Assembly (NCBI GenBank): GCA_951406725.2
Contig: OX597815.1
Location: 87,482,001 to 87,546,000, forward strand
DNA length: 64,000 nucleotides
Direction of reading: 5' to 3'
Source: Octopus vulgaris
Lineage: Eukaryota
The translations under genes were made by a program, and so were the position numbers. Below are positions 46,801-59,225 of the stretch, piece after piece. Under the pieces are notes generated by a model. It did no database searches and was not told where the DNA came from. It worked only from the letters and a program-made list of their open reading frames with translations. Position 1 is the first letter of the stretch. The number at the start of each line of letters is the position of its first letter.

Positions 46801-47102
46801 AGGAGAGTACTGTAGTTCGCTTGAAGCATTGTGTATTGTTTGTAAAGAATAAAAAGTTTTGGATGGTACAACAATGCACTAAGGAATTCCAGAAGGAGCT
46901 TCATGAGACCACTGCTGAGACGCTTCCAAAAAAAAAAGCCATTGAAAAGCTGATTATAGCAGTAACTCGATCTAAGAATGTCTGAAGAAGGAATTTTATT
47001 CTGAACTATCAGACTATGGATGACTAAATTACAACAGGTACATAGCCCATTGTTTGTATTATAGTGCATTGTTGTACCATTCAAAACTTTTTATTCTTTA
47101 CA
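46801..47102 (+). mobile_element. Small insertion with 12-bp TSD and 41-bp internal inverted repeat (Penelope-like)
   Basis: TSD tagactattagt at 46789-46800 and 47103-47114; IR 46841-46881 and 47062-47102; CTGAAGA at 46982. Confidence 0.7.
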
Positions 47103-49959
47103 TAGACTATTAGTGTTAGAATTTTAAGCTAGATGTACAACAATTAGGGTAAAGAAAATTAATTTTAACCTATTCAATTATGATCACTTTTTGGTGTTTT
47201 TCCACAGTGTTAAAGGTTGGATAGATTCACAAAATAGGTACCCTTCTCACAAATTGATCCTAATTTCACTGTTCTGTTTTCCACTCTGCTGATCCTTTTA
47301 AATGCATTTTAACATTCATAATTGTGCTGTTTTATTTGGTGTTAAAGTTGGGATTTTTTAAGAGTCTCTTTCCTGACTACCCATCCTTTTGTCAGGTTAA
47401 ATAGATATTGTGTATTTACCAGCACTTTGAACTTCAGCTAACACACCATCCATATTTTATCTATATCTGGTATGCTGGCTCAGCAAATCTCTGTTACATA
47501 TTTTGATTGCTAAGTCTTTGGATTTTTTCCATTAGCCTCCTCATATGCATGAAGAAGTCAACTTAGTAAAACACTATAAAGACAATAACTGTGTGCTAAA
47601 AGTTACAATGAAGTGGTTGATAGTAATATAGCAAAGAATGATCGTCTGAATTGAGGAGAATGCTCTAGTTTTGACAAACAATAGACGCCATTTTACTTGT
47701 TTAACAAGTACACAAATCTTCATTTAATAATGGACATTTTGTTGCCCAGAAAGTCCTTAAATATCACATGGTAAAGTTTGGCATTTACTGAAAAAATTAG
47801 ACTTAGACATACTGTTCACCTCATCTGGTTCATTATCTTTTGGTGCAAATAATTAGTAGCATATTTGATAAACAAGGTTTATCCTGAGCCTATATCCCTT
47901 TAGCAATTTTTTTTAAGTCTAAAGAATAACAAATTTATTTGAATTGATCAAAAAGACATGAAACATATGGAGGCCTTGTACAGTATGGAAAATAACTTTC
48001 AGTATATTTTGATAGCTTTTGTATTTTTAATTTGTGGTTTGAGAAATTGATACCCATAACTTTTTAGGGCATTGGAGATTGAGGATAGCTCCAAAGAATT
48101 GTTTAATTTTAAGTTTTGAAGAAACAGATCATAGAACAAAATGTTTACAACTCTGGCAATGAAGGAAACATCATCAACAATGCGACATTAGCTGCAGACA
48201 TTGACTAGGTTTGGATTAAAAATGACATAGTTAAGTTTCAGAGGGGCAGAAACTATTATATTTACAATATATATATTACAATGCCTTAATAATTGAGGAA
48301 AACCGTCGTAATTTTGGGAAACACAGACTAGCATAACATTTCAGACAGACTAATAGTAAGTAACCTGTTATGATATCAGCATTACCATTGTGATCAGTTA
48401 AATGGTTAATTTTTTTTCATATTGGTATAGATTAGACTACACATACTTTCAGATTATTAACACTAAAGAGGACACATATCCCCTTTGATACCAACCTGCA
48501 TAAGACCACCTTTGATTTTATGATACAAAATCTCATATTTAATGTGCTTATATATTCATTAAAATCTTCCATCATAAAAGAACTTTTAAATATAGCTCAA
48601 ATACTACCATAACAGTAGTTAGGTATTTTACTAAATCCCTCCAATTTTTATCTTCAAAGTTAACTGAAATGTGCCTTTTGTATTTCTTTACAAATATGTG
48701 ATCACAAAAGAGTTATGGATTATTAACTCTAGCAAGAATTCAATAGCCATTTTTTTAACCTAGTCTATTTCAGAATTTTGATAATAGAGCAAAATATAAA
48801 AATATTTCTAAAGAAGCTAGGATAGGATGAACCAAATGATATTTTGTAACTTTTCTTTTTTATTTTATTGTTAATCCTTTGAATTCTCACCATCAACCTG
48901 TTTAAGAATTAATTGTTGCTAGTTTCACATGGCAAACACTCAACAATCCACATTTAAAGTCTGATTATAACTATTTTTTTCACTAAAACTGTTGAGAAAA
49001 GTTTGAACATTGCAGCTCTTGTTCTACACTCTCAAAATCAACAATCTATAGTAGATACTGCTTGCTATGAAAAGTCGAGGAGAAAATATACATAGATAAT
49101 GCTGATAATGACTTATTTTATTCCATAAAACTGACATACTTTGACTAATTATCTCACTAGTGTAGAATGAATAAGTTATTAAAGTATGGAATTACAGAAA
49201 TGGTAGAGCATTAGATGAATAGTTTCCAGTATTTAGATATGTCATTTTTCATTCTAAGTTCAAATCTTGCCTGGTTCAACATTTTTCGGTCTTCTCTTTT
49301 CTCTATGATTACAATAAGCTGATTAATCAACTAAATTTGTGGCCTTGTACCAATGTTTATTACTATTGGGGTTTTTGACAGAATCATTAATGCCTGTGAT
49401 ATTTGTTGCAGCTTTTTACATTTTGAGTTCAAATTCTGCATGCCAACAAATAATTTGTCTTATATCCATCATCCTTTGATACAGTAAAGTACCAGTCAAT
49501 TACCAGCTCCTCAGGAGTAATAGAAATAAGTGCTTACTACAGTGGTGGTCTGAATAATATAAACAAGTACATGGCCAAGATGTTTTCAAGCAAAAGGAAG
49601 GAATTTGGAGGAAAGAAAGAGTGAAAAGATCAAACAAGCAAGAGCTTCAGGCTCAAACATACTAGTATAATGGAATTCACAAGCAGGGAGTAGTATTGGA
49701 AATGGCACTGACAATAGAAGTGTTTCATCCTATGGTAGCACTGTGAGTCAAAAGGAGCAGTTTGGTTTATGTGTAATCAGAGAAGACAAAAAAGAATGAA
49801 CAAAGTATTACAAAAGACTGTGCTTCCTTACTTGATAAATTTATCCAGTGAAGAGCAAGGAGGAACATGACATGCCTTTGTTACTCAAAGAGTTGATGGA
49901 CTTCCATATACTTTTAAAAGGTGTTGGAGGAAACTCTGGCTGATGTATCTCTCCTCAAC

Positions 49960-50712
49960 TGGGGCAGGGCATGTGGAAGCTCTACCTTTCTCCTCATCTG
50001 ATTCATGGACTTTAAGATCATGAATCAGTTGAGAAGACAAGTAGAGATGTTGAACCAGACACCTGCACACTGGCTGGTGCCATAGAACATAGGTCTTGAG
50101 AATACAAGAATCACAGCCAGAGATATTAGCATGGACGTTAACTCTGATTTGTCACTTTTGTACATGCACACTGATGTTGCATATCCAATGGAACATATTA
50201 CTTTCATTTCTCTCTAGTCTAAGCATGTCTTCTGCATCCAGAGCCCATATCTGACTACCATGGAGTATAGCCATTTACACACAAGCATCATATAATCTAC
50301 CCTTCACTCTGAGAGAGAGTCCTTTTGTTGCCAACAAAGGTAATAGCTCTCTGAACTTCCTCCATCATATTCTTAATCTAGAAACAATACTTTTAGAGCA
50401 TCCTCCACCACTGCTAATTTGGTCACCTAGGTAACAGAAACTATCTATAACCTCAAGAGAGTCACCTGGGCATTTGAGAGAGACTAAGTCCCATTTTCTC
50501 TTTGTGCTTAATTGTTCCTGCACATTTGCTACATATGAAGACAACTTTATTTGTTAATCTATCTGTGATTCCACTGCACCTCTTACATGTCCATAGCTTA
50601 TACTGGGTGCAGTGAATGGAATTACTTCCAACTCCTTTTCTATCTATTCAGCAGGGCCATTTACCTGAAAGAAAGAGAATTTTATCTTCTTTCTTGCTAA
50701 CAACTTTGGTCT
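49960..50712 (-). mobile_element. RTE LINE 3' fragment
   Basis: Reverse complement matches 42770-43400 (FCYLGDQ, KFRELLPLLATKGLSLRVKGRLYDACV). Confidence 0.85.
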
Positions 50713-52066
50713 TTAGAAATTTATTGATAAACACTAAAATGTAAATAATAAATACACATGGCACAAAAGGATGTCTTTTGACTAGAAATTCTTTCTAAAA
50801 TGAAATTGAACTTTATTTCTCACACAGAAAAGTGTTTAGTTAAAGTTTTTGATCCACAAAACATCACTATTTGAACTGTTTCTTTTTTTTTTTTTTGTGT
50901 GTGTGTGTGTGTCTGTGTGAAACTGGATTTGGCAACAGAAGTATATATCTGCAGAGAGTAGGCTTAAGAATTAATATATTGCATTAAGTTTTTCTCCCAC
51001 ACCTTGTATTTTTTTGTAACTTCCTCTTTTGTATGACACATTTTATCATATATTGTATGTATGAGCCCTTGTGGTCAAGAAAGAGTATTACTATTATAGA
51101 TTACTACCTTAGCAAGAGCAGTAATTCTGTTATGACAAATCAGATATTATAATAAAAGTAAAATAAAGACCCCATTTGGTCATGAATGACCATAGGATTA
51201 CATCTAGAAAGTTCCCCTCCGAGGTACAAGTCCTGGTAAGGTTGTTTATGAAAGACCAGCAGTCACTCATGCATACCAGCCTCCCCTCTCTGTGCCACTG
51301 ATGTTATCCAGAAGGGCAAAAGCTGATACAGCTTGGCACCAGTAATATCACAACTCATTTCTACAGCTGAATGAATTGGAGCAACATGAAATAGTGTCTT
51401 GCTCAAGAACACAACACAGCTCAGTCTGAGAATCAAACTCACTACCTCATGATTGTCCCTCTATTTTTTTTTAGTTCAAATTTTAGATGGTGGCAAAATG
51501 CCAGGCATACTCACAAGGGATGGGAATCAGAATATAAATGATATGGTTGAGTGAAAGAAGAGAGAGATATAGATGGTAGCAAGTGCCAAGGCATACACTT
51601 GAGGTTTGAAACACCATAATATAAGCAGCAGGATATTGCGAAGGAAGTGTGATTAAAGAGTGCAGCAGAGAGAGGAGTGAGTAACAGAAACCTGGGTATG
51701 TATAGAGTCAGGGGAGCTACCTGATAGCAATGATACAGAGGAACAGGGCTGTAAGGACAGGATTGGGGAACATACTAAAAATCTAGCAGTATTTAGTTTG
51801 GATTTTCTAAGTTCAAATTATATCATGAATGGATTTCTTATTATGGGTACCATAATAAGGTGTACTTGTTATATATTAAGTCCTGACTACATCTTTCTTC
51901 AGCTAATCAGACCTTATTGCAAAATGAAAAAAAAAAATCATTATTATATAATTGCTATTAATTATACTCATCATTGCCCATCATCATATTCATTAGACTA
52001 ACAGGCCCTCTTGCAACAGATGTTTCTCAGGTGAATTGTACAAAAGAGCCAGAGAGAAGTAACAAG

Positions 52067-53936
52067 TTTGTGTGCCAATTGAGACCAAAGGAAATATAAT
52101 TATGGCTGTAACAGTAAATTTGGAGCAAATATTCAAATGCTTCAGCAGAAGGTTCTTTTAATTTTGTGTATAACAGCTGTTTACTGAATGATTTGAACAT
52201 TAATATAACTCCTGTTTAGATTTCCCTGGCTTCTGTCTCCTCTCCATGTGCACAAGCACAGTATCTGATATATGCTTTCAAAAGATATTGATGTATTAAA
52301 TGTAATTTCTTCCATTATATATAAGATGGAGCAGGTGAAGAAATTTAAAATTGTTTCCCTATGTATTTCTTCAAACATTTATGCAACAAAAATGTTTAAT
52401 AAGACTAAAAAGAAAAAAAGAATCATGACTAAAACCTCTGCCATCATTGGTTTATTGATGATTATCAATTAATCCTTATTTAGCTATTTGGTAAGCTTCC
52501 AGTTAGCAATGACCTTGACAAGCAGTTGAATTGATCTGGTAATGAAGTTTACATACCACTCAGAATCCATTGCTATTTTGAAGTTTAACATTCGATATAT
52601 TCTAAAATAAAATGAACTTAATTTAGTTAATTGAACCAGTGGATGTGATGGAAAGGAAATGCTGAGTAGCCTTGAGCCAGTTATTATTTGTGCTTCCAAC
52701 ATCTTAAATGTATAAAGTTGATATATATATCATCGTTATCATTTAATGTCTTTTCCATGCTGACATGGATTGGACAGCTTAACAGGAACTGGGCCACACC
52801 AGGTTCCACAATCTGTTTTGGCTTGGTTTTCTAATACCAACCACACCACAGTGCACTGGGTGCTTTTTGTGGCTCCTTGTTTTTAGAATCTCAATTCTGT
52901 TGTGGTGCGCAGGTCTTCTCAAATACAGCAATGCACCACATATCATCTCCATATATATATGTGTGTGTGTGTGAAATTGATTTTTACTGTTATTGTAGCC
53001 TTTTTTAAGGTTTAATACTGACCAGGCATTCTTCATACGGTATTTTGATGAAGAAAGTTGATCTATATTTTAAACTGGGATGGTCTCTGATAATGATTAG
53101 CATTACAAATGATCATGTCCTTAACAAAATATTTCTCAATAAGTAACAGAAATGTATCCAATATCATTAACAGAATATTGCTGAAATGGGATTTCTCAGT
53201 TATTTAAAACAGAAATTGATGAAGTAATTACATGAGCTATGTAAAGAAATGAACCACTTTATCTCAAAATACTTTCTCAAATGAATCCAGATTTATTTTC
53301 CTCAAAGATAAGCCAAATAAAAGATATGGATTATTCCCGACAACGTAACCTGACAAAATTTGGAAGTATTGACAATTAGAGTGTGTTTTATTAAGATACA
53401 GGACCATTCATTTGTTTCAATGAAAATGTCATTGCACCTCATCATTTAACATCCATTTACCATGCTGGTGTGAGTTGGATGGTTTGGAAGGATCCAGCCA
53501 CCCATGGGGCTGTGCCAAGCTCCAGTACCAGCTTCAGCATGGTCTCTATGGCTGGATGCCCTTCCTAACATCAATCACTCTATAGTGTGCTGTTCGTACT
53601 TTTTTGTTTTTCTTTCTGCCATGATGTTGCCTAGTTGCAAATAGACAAAGAACTCAGGAAAGAGAAAAAGAATGGCTAAGTGGGGGCAGGTGTCTTAGGA
53701 AAATGGTGGTAGTTTTATGTGAAGTGCCAAGAGGGACAACAGCAGATGTCTTGCTATAGTTGAGACACATGGTTATCCCACATTATAACATGAGTTATAT
53801 TAATGTACAAATCATTCAGTAAACAGCTGTTATACACGAAATTAAAAGAACCTTCTGCTGAAGCATTTGAATATTTGCTCCACATTTACTGTTACAGCCA
53901 TAATTATGTTTCCTTTGGTCTCAATTGGCACACAAA
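52067..53936. repeat. 150-bp inverted repeat pair (52067-52216 and 53787-53936)
   Basis: Arms are reverse complements with about five mismatches; spacer ~1.57 kb. Confidence 0.93.
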
Positions 53937-54344
53937 AGATATTTTACAGAAGTTGCATGTTTATTTTATGTGAATACAACTTGACTCAATAATGGCTATA
54001 GAGCAATATGATAATGCTGTTGTTAATTCTGTCAAATAGGTCAAAAGGTTTCTCAAAGATAATAAAAGTCAAAACTTAGTTTTTACCAAGTCAGTTTCCA
54101 AACTTGAATCTTACTAGACTTGTTTGATCATTATTAAGTTTATTCCAAATTCAAGAACATTTAAAAGTAATCAATCTTTATTTGCTGTAGTATAAATTAT
54201 AACCTGCATTACTGATAAAAATTTTGTTAATAACATGGTTAGTAAGGTTAAAGAATTACAAATAATCATGACAAAAGTATTGATTATTACATTTTCCTTC
54301 TTTTTTTATTGGAATACAACAAATCATTTGATTTCAACAAAATG

Positions 54345-54710
54345 ATAGGCACAGACATGGCCTGAGAAGTTTGTTTTTCATCCACATGGCTCTAGGTTCT
54401 ATTCCATTGCATAGCACCTTGGGCATGTGCCTTCTACTATACCACCAGGCCAACCAAAGCCTTGTGAGTGGATTGTTTGAAAGAAGCCCATCATAGTGTG
54501 TGTATTTGTTTTATTGTCTCCTTGCTTTGACAACATGTGATAGTTGCTAATGATTGATAGCACCTTACAGGTGATGTCCTTCATTCATCTTCCATAAAAA
54601 TACATCTGGGAAATATTACCTTACTTGGAAACAAGTGATGGTTAGCAGCAGGAAGGGTATCTGTTCACAGAAAATCTGCATCAGCATGGAAAAGTGGGCA
54701 TTAAATGATG
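54345..54710 (+). mobile_element. tRNA-SINE remnant with RTE-like tail
   Basis: gcacagacatgg...ggttctattcca...caccttgggca...gccttgtgagtgga...ggaaaagtgggcattaaatgatga. Confidence 0.7.
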
Positions 54711-55622
54711 ACTAAGTGAATTCTTTGAAAATGTTGAGAATTTTGTACACATTTTTTTCTTTTTCCTTTTACAGCATGTACATCTAGGTAATTGGTTTTA
54801 TTAGAAGCACTTAAAAGGGTTTTAAAAGAAATAAAATGCTAAATTGAAATGGTTAATATAAGACAACTATCATGCTTACCAACTTTTTTTATTCAGTAGG
54901 TTTCTTTTCCCAAGCCAAGTTATTCTAGATTTTAATCATTTCTTTTGAAAATGTACAGAAATATCTTCTCCCATTATTCTAATATTATGTAATAGCTTGA
55001 TTGATTTTAATTTTTGATATCTTAGCTTCTTTCCAAAATTCTAAAGGCTATGTTGACAAAAAACCATTCTTGTGCACAAATCTTGTATCAATTCTCCGAT
55101 GATGTTTCTGGAATTTGTTTATTTATTTATTTTCTATTTATCCATGTTGAAGATGTATCTAATTTTACTTTAACTAAATACAAGGATTTCTCTACAACCA
55201 GCCAAGCAAACAGTTCAGCTTTCTGCTAATTAAACAATTTTCTAATAATGCTTGCATATTTCTCCTAGCAGGCAATCCTGAAACTAGTCTAGGTCACATG
55301 AAGATTAATATCTTTATAATATTGTATAAGAAGCTAGGTGGTAGGGGTTCCTTCCCCTGCTCATAATATCTTGGATGCAGCTGTACATCATAAACCAACT
55401 AGAGATGTCCTTTTGAGATTAAAAAAATCTCAGTAAAGTTTGTTTGAACAGACAGCCATGTTGAAGTGACTACGAACATTACTTGTTAGTACAACTACTT
55501 TATTGATCTCTTAAAAAGATTTTAGAACTAGCATTTTTGTTTGTTGCAAAATCAGTGACTGCAAGTTGCTTGAAATTATATATATTTCAAGCAGAAGCAA
55601 GCTACTGCCATCTCTAGCAGAC

Positions 55623-57066
55623 TCATCTTTACCGGTGTTATTGTGCTTAATTTTGCTCCTCTGTGAGTTATTGTTTTATTACGTTGAATTACTGAATTGT
55701 TGATTATTTGTGTTTGTGAAAATTTTGTCTTCCCCATTTATGGGTGAAGCTGTAAACAATGGTATTATGAATACACAAGTACAAACAGGCAGTTATGCTG
55801 CTTTGATGGGCAAAATCCTGTCTGCAGAACTACTGCAAATACGTGAATTGGAAGTCAAGGACAGGGACTTCATGATGTATAACACCTTATTGAAGGAGGA
55901 GGGAGGATGTCTAAGGCTGACACCCCCGATTTTCGACTGAGAATACAGAAAGGAATACCATCACATATAGAATGTTGAATATAGCAACAAAGAAGATGGA
56001 TATAACAGTCGTAGAAGTGGTCAAGGAATACTTAAAGGAGATAACCACGTTTTATACCAGAGGACGAAAGTTCGGCACATTGGAGGTATGCTTCATCAAT
56101 GAGAACGAAGCTAAGAAATACTCCACTGTAGCCTTGAAATCGGTGGGGTGGGCACTGTTACCTACTTACTGTGGCAGTCATACGGCCAGAGTAAAGATAG
56201 GGAGAGTGCCCCTGAAATTGATGAGGCATGCCTTGTGGCAGCCATCCTCTACAATACAGAAGAAGACGCAGAAGTCCTGGAAATGTCGAAGACTGCGGAG
56301 GTGAATTGTGGGGATATGGGCTAGAGGTAATGGTCCATATCAGCTTACCAGACTAAGAATTATAGTGGAAGGTAGACCTCCAATATGTTTTGCGTGTGGA
56401 GTAAGGGGTCACATGAAAGCCAAGTGTCCCCAGAAACACAAACAGGAGGAGGTGGAGAAGGAGAGTCGGGAAGAAGAGATTGTAACGACAGAGGAGGAAA
56501 AGAAGATTACAGTGGTAGAAAAGAAGAGGAAAAACAGTAAATCTCCGCCAAAAAAGAAAAGGGAGGCGGAGGAAAATAAGAATGAAAAAAGAAAAAAATG
56601 AGGTATCAACGGGAGATCGAACGCAAAGACCAGAGCCCTCAACTAGTAAGGAGGAGGAAAGATGGAAGAAGAGACTAGGAGTGTGGAAATAGAGAAAAGA
56701 ATTTCCAAGATGAAAGGCGTTGTAAGAATTAAGCTGGCCGAAAAGAAGGGGAAACAGAATGAGAAAGCAGTGCTGCTGGAAGATGAGAGAGCAGGAAGGT
56801 TGACAGATATATTCAGAGACAGGGTAAAAATAACTGCATTACGATTTAGATATGATGAACTACCATCAGTGATAGAAAAATAATTATTCATGTAAAAACA
56901 GTAAAATGGAACTTCCTACTTTGTTGGGTAGGAAAACCATTTCATTCTCATTGTTTTCACAATTCATAATTCATTCATTAATTGTTTGTATGTACCCCAT
57001 GTTCTATGTTATCTGTCTTTGTGGTGTCCTTTCTAAATTCAAGCTTTATACCTATAATAAAGAAAA
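55623..57066 (+). mobile_element. ORF1-only (HAL1-like) non-LTR retroelement with 14-bp TSD
   Basis: TSD catctYtagcagac at 55609-55622 and 57067-57080; AATAAA at 57056-57061 plus short A-rich tail; a single frameshifted ORF and no RT. Confidence 0.75.
55740..56883 (+). pseudogene. Disrupted L1/Tx1-type ORF1 (gag-like) with CCHC zinc knuckle and Lys/Glu-rich tail
   Basis: Collinear ORF pieces containing SYAA, RGRKFGTLEVCF, ARVKIGRVP, IIVEGRPPICFACGVRGHMKAKC (CX2CX4HX4C). Confidence 0.8.
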
Positions 57067-57088
57067 CATCTTTAGCAGACGAGGTGTC

Positions 57089-57145
57089 CAATGCTGAAGA
57101 GGAGCAGAAATAGCCCAAAACCAGGCTGGTCTGCTGGTCCCATTG
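57089..57145 (+). ncRNA. Degenerate type I hammerhead ribozyme
   Basis: CAATG-CUGAAGA-GGAGC..GCCC-AAAA (GAAA mutated)-CCAG..CUGG-UC-C-CAUUG; stems I, II and III pair. G12 is lost, so probably inactive. Confidence 0.6.
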
Positions 57146-58884
57146 TGAGAAGATGGTATGGGTTCACTCCCCTATTCACAATATCTCAGATGCATCATTA
57201 ACCAGTTAGTCTTGGGGTTAAAAAATCACAGTAAAGTTCATTCGAATTGGTCAGCCATGTTGCAGTGACTACGAGTATTACTTGTTAGTACACCTACTGT
57301 GTTGATTTCTTAGAGAGATTTTAGAACTAGCATTTCTTCTTTAACCTTCACAATATTAGTGTTGTCTTCAGTTGAACTATTTAATAAAACATATCTTTCT
57401 CTATCTATCACTCCAGACCATGAGATGCTGTCCAATTGTGACTTTTCATAATAAATGACTTCATATATTCTACCATTTTGTATGCTATTTTGTGTCTATT
57501 TAAACATTTTTATCAGTTTATTATTAGTATAGCAATTACATACTATGAAGAGAGAGAGAGAGATGATGTATGCCAATAAGATAACAGAAAAAAGTGATCT
57601 TCAAAGGTAACTATATTTTGAAATTCACCACTCATCAGTAATTCATACATATTAAGAAGCAATGCAAAAAGCTAACAAGACAGCAAATCTTAAATAGGTT
57701 TTGTAGAAATTGGGATCAATTAATAGGAAATGTAAATGATCTAAAGTTAACCAATCAATTCCTGAATAGACCTGATAAACATTGGAAGATTACATCTGAA
57801 ACACCCTTCTAATACGCAGAAAGAGCACATTACAAAAAGTTGGTATTTATAAATAAAATTTGTCTCATGGCTGTGTAAACAAATATTAGGTACCATAGTT
57901 TTACAATCTATTATGCCTTGCTTAGATTATCTATCTACACTGTTTGAATCTAGGTTGAGAGTATGGGAACAGATTCCAGATACAGGTCATTTGCAAATCA
58001 ATTAAGTAATCTTGTACCAACTATTGAGGGTGTACATAAGATGTACTCACTGTCTGATATTCTCAGATTTACTCCTTTAAAAAGCTTGCAAATTACCTCA
58101 AACTCTATGATCATGTGGAAGATTGCTTACTGTAAAAATATTTCATCATCTTGTTAGTTTGCCATATTCAATACATTTCAAAAGATCAAGAGTGAGTGTA
58201 CTAAAACATAAGTGAGTTACAGAAAATGAAAATCCATTTTAGACCTATTGAAAATGGCAAATTGACAAAACACTGAAATATATTAATATAAATATGCATC
58301 ATATGAACCAGTTTGTAGGGCTGAAAGCATTGGGAGTTAAAATGTATAGAAAATTACAAATATTGCAAACATGCTTAATCCATGTATGGGAAACAGGTGT
58401 AAAATTATGATGATTCATATCTTCTGCAGTTTATTTTTTCATTATTTTATATAGCGTTTTATTCTTTAATTGAAAACAAAATAAAATAAGATTAAAAGAT
58501 ATTTTAGCAATTCTGTTGGGTATAGTGCTTACTCATCTGTTTTGTTGCTGGCATTGGTTGTATCTTTTATCAAGAAACTTCACTCTAGTCACTGTGACAC
58601 AGGAATCCACCACGTAACAGAAGTGTTTTGCTCCTGAAAATACAGAGTTCCATCACATATAATTCAAGTTATGGAACCCTGCATTGACAAGATTTTCATG
58701 ATTGCAAAGCTTCCAAAATGTGAGAGAATGAATATGAAAAGGAAACCTCATTCCTTGTTTCAATAGCAACAGAAACATCTCAGATAATTTCATATGCTTT
58801 TGGCATTTTCTAACGCATTCTGTTGTCAGTACCTAAATTATTGTCTGCTGATAAATTGAATAAATCTAGGTTTAAATTTATTTT

Positions 58885-59225
58885 TTTACTTGTTTCTGTC
58901 ACTGAACTGTGGCCATGCTTGAGCACCACTTTGAAAGGTATAGTTGAACAAATTGACCCCAGTATTTATTCTATCAGTTTCTTATCTTTTGTCAAACCCG
59001 TAAATTACAAGATGTAAACAAACCAACTCTGGTCAAGCAGTGGGATGGAGACACATACATACATGCATATGACAGGCTTCTGCACACTTTCTATCTATTC
59101 ACTCACAGAGCATTGTTTGGTCCAGGGCTATAGAAGATGCTTGCCTAAGGTATTGTGCTGTGGGATTGAATCCAAAACCATGTGATTACAAAGCAGGCTC
59201 CTTGGCCACACAGCTACACTTGTCA
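58885..59225 (-). mobile_element. tRNA-SINE remnant
   Basis: Reverse complement of the 35085-family head (gtgtagctgtgtgg...ggattcaatccca...accttaggcaag). Confidence 0.65.

Noticed and set aside
47580-47900. Possible mariner transposase remnant
   Set aside because: Only vague similarity to HDNARPH; cannot be supported by eye.
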